DNA of 32,000 nucleotides from Chlamydiota bacterium (GTDB lineage Bacteria; Auribacterota; JACPWU01): NCBI GenBank assembly GCA_016196885.1, contig JACPWU010000003.1, positions 60,001 to 92,000 of the forward strand, read 5' to 3'. Shown piece by piece: positions 31,184 to 32,000 of this stretch (position 1 is its first letter; each line of letters starts with the position of its first letter). The notes under the pieces were generated by a model. It saw only the letters and a program-made list of their open reading frames with translations, ran no database searches and was not told where the DNA came from. The position numbers and the translations under genes were made by a program.

Positions 31184-31672
31184 ATGAATGTCACCCTGCA
31201 AGTTGGAGCGAAGAAGGCGAGACGACCCCATCCCTGGTTTTTTGATGTTGAAATTCATCGAGTCCCTTTCCCCTACGTCTTGGTCAGACTGCGAGGCAAG
31301 TTTACCTCCTCCAAAGAGCTTAAAATTATTTTCTATGAAACCCTAGACAAAGCGACTCAAGAAGGGGAAAGAATGGTCTTTGATTTTGAGATGGTGGACT
31401 ATGCCTCGAGTCTATTCCTGAGGGATTTACGAAATTGGTGTAAGGCTCAAAATGAAGGGGCTGGTCTCATCTGTTCGACGCGCGTTCCCTTTTTTCTTAA
31501 GGATGTGATGAAGAGTCTTGAATTCTATAGAGAGGTCAAAGAACTCCCCTACGAAAGAAATCGCTGGACCCCGGACATGTTTACGAAACCCACAGCACTC
31601 TACATGGTTATGGATGTTTTAAAGCGCTTTCTTATGATTAAAGATGGGGACTCCAAGCCCTATCTACCTTGA
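31184..31672 (+). CDS. Small STAS-like (anti-sigma-antagonist fold) protein, 162 aa
   Basis: ATG 31184 is preceded by a GAAGGGGG RBS. YVLVRLRGKFTSSKELKIIFYETLDKATQEGERMVFDFEMVDYASSLFLRDLRNWCKAQNEGAGLICS follows the STAS strand-helix pattern (v.l.G.l...l...vv.D...V.y.dSs.l..L). Stop is TGA at 31670-31672. Confidence 0.45.
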   Translation: MNVTLQVGAKKARRPHPWFFDVEIHRVPFPYVLVRLRGKFTSSKELKIIFYETLDKATQEGERMVFDFEMVDYASSLFLRDLRNWCKAQNEGAGLICSTRVPFFLKDVMKSLEFYREVKELPYERNRWTPDMFTKPTALYMVMDVLKRFLMIKDGDSKPYLP

Positions 31673-31851
31673 CAGCGAGTGGAAGGACTTTTTTTGGGAT
31701 TTTTCTCTCATTCCCCAAAAACCTCTCTTTTTTAAATTTCTTTTTTACCTTTTAACCTTTCAAAGGGTCTTCCTCCTTGGCTCTTCGGATACTTTCTTCA
31801 CTGAGAAAGTTCTCAATTTAACTTCAATTTAGACTGTCAACGGGGGGAGAC

Positions 31852-32000
31852 ATGTACAAAATTGTCCAAAAAATCACCAGTATTCTGCTTTGCTTATCTT
31901 TCTTTTCTTACGACGTCTCTTCAAGTTTTGCTCAGGAAACACATCTTCTAAATCCTATAACATCTGCCCAAGGCGGAAAAGCGCTTGTAAATTCCTCGCT
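31852..32000 (+). CDS. Secreted protein, 3'-partial (runs off the window)
   Basis: A GGGGGGAGA RBS precedes ATG 31852. The frame is open to the window end. The signal peptide is MYKIVQKITSILLCLSFFSYDVSSSFA|QE. Confidence 0.5.
   Translation, partial: MYKIVQKITSILLCLSFFSYDVSSSFAQETHLLNPITSAQGGKALVNSS

Noticed and set aside
30871-31194. ORFs 30871..31065 (+), 30907..31194 (-) and the 5' extension 30995..31183 of the STAS-like ORF.
   Set aside because: They are translations of the GC-rich repeat module (Arg/Gly/Pro/Ser-rich, e.g. RRSGWTRKWLRPRRVPRSGRRGSGW). The STAS-like gene has a proper RBS and ATG at 31184.
31644-31832. A 62-aa plus-strand ORF overlapping the end of the STAS-like gene.
   Set aside because: It is a Phe/Leu-rich translation of a T-rich intergenic spacer, with no RBS.

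Overview
Two giant plus-strand genes dominate the window. All domain calls below are by-eye motif matches, with no searches run.

Gene 1 (nt 1-15039) is the 3' ~15 kb of an ORF still open at the left window edge (>=5,012 codons). It is mostly non-repetitive. The N-part is helix-rich. Four clusters of hydrophobic helices (roughly 20+ predicted TM segments) are separated by large soluble blocks.

Gene 2 (about 17223-30774, ~4,500 codons) is currently split into two overlapping ORFs, one ending at 27248 and one spanning 27100-30774. The split is a +1 frame change at a G5 run (27105-27109) inside a tandemly duplicated beta-rich domain. Gene 2 has an N-terminal signal peptide followed by Tiki/ChaN/TraB-like, class I SAM-methyltransferase-like and UDPGP-family (UDP-sugar pyrophosphorylase) regions. 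It also has several internal signal-peptide-like segments, CBM-like beta domains, a late TM anchor and a ~500-aa tail.

Between the giants sit two toxin-antitoxin cassettes: DUF433 + DUF5615/PIN-like, and MNT nucleotidyltransferase + HEPN. Each is bracketed by copies of a 77-bp repeat that is the coding 3' end of gene 1. This looks like an att-like tandem cassette array, but no recombinase is present in the window.

A MITE-like element family with ends TAACTCCCC...GGAGGGGTTA occurs in frame inside both giant ORFs. A third copy is intergenic and carries a nested double-hairpin palindrome plus a ~130-nt, ~70% GC tandem-hairpin module (candidate structured RNA).

Downstream are a small STAS-like gene and the start of another secreted protein whose signal peptide resembles that of gene 2. 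I recognised no rRNA, tRNA, CRISPR array, transposase or integrase. The genetic code is standard (TAA, TAG and TGA all terminate genes here). Lineage guess, inference only: an uncultivated bacterium of the kind reported to carry giant genes (Omnitrophota-like).
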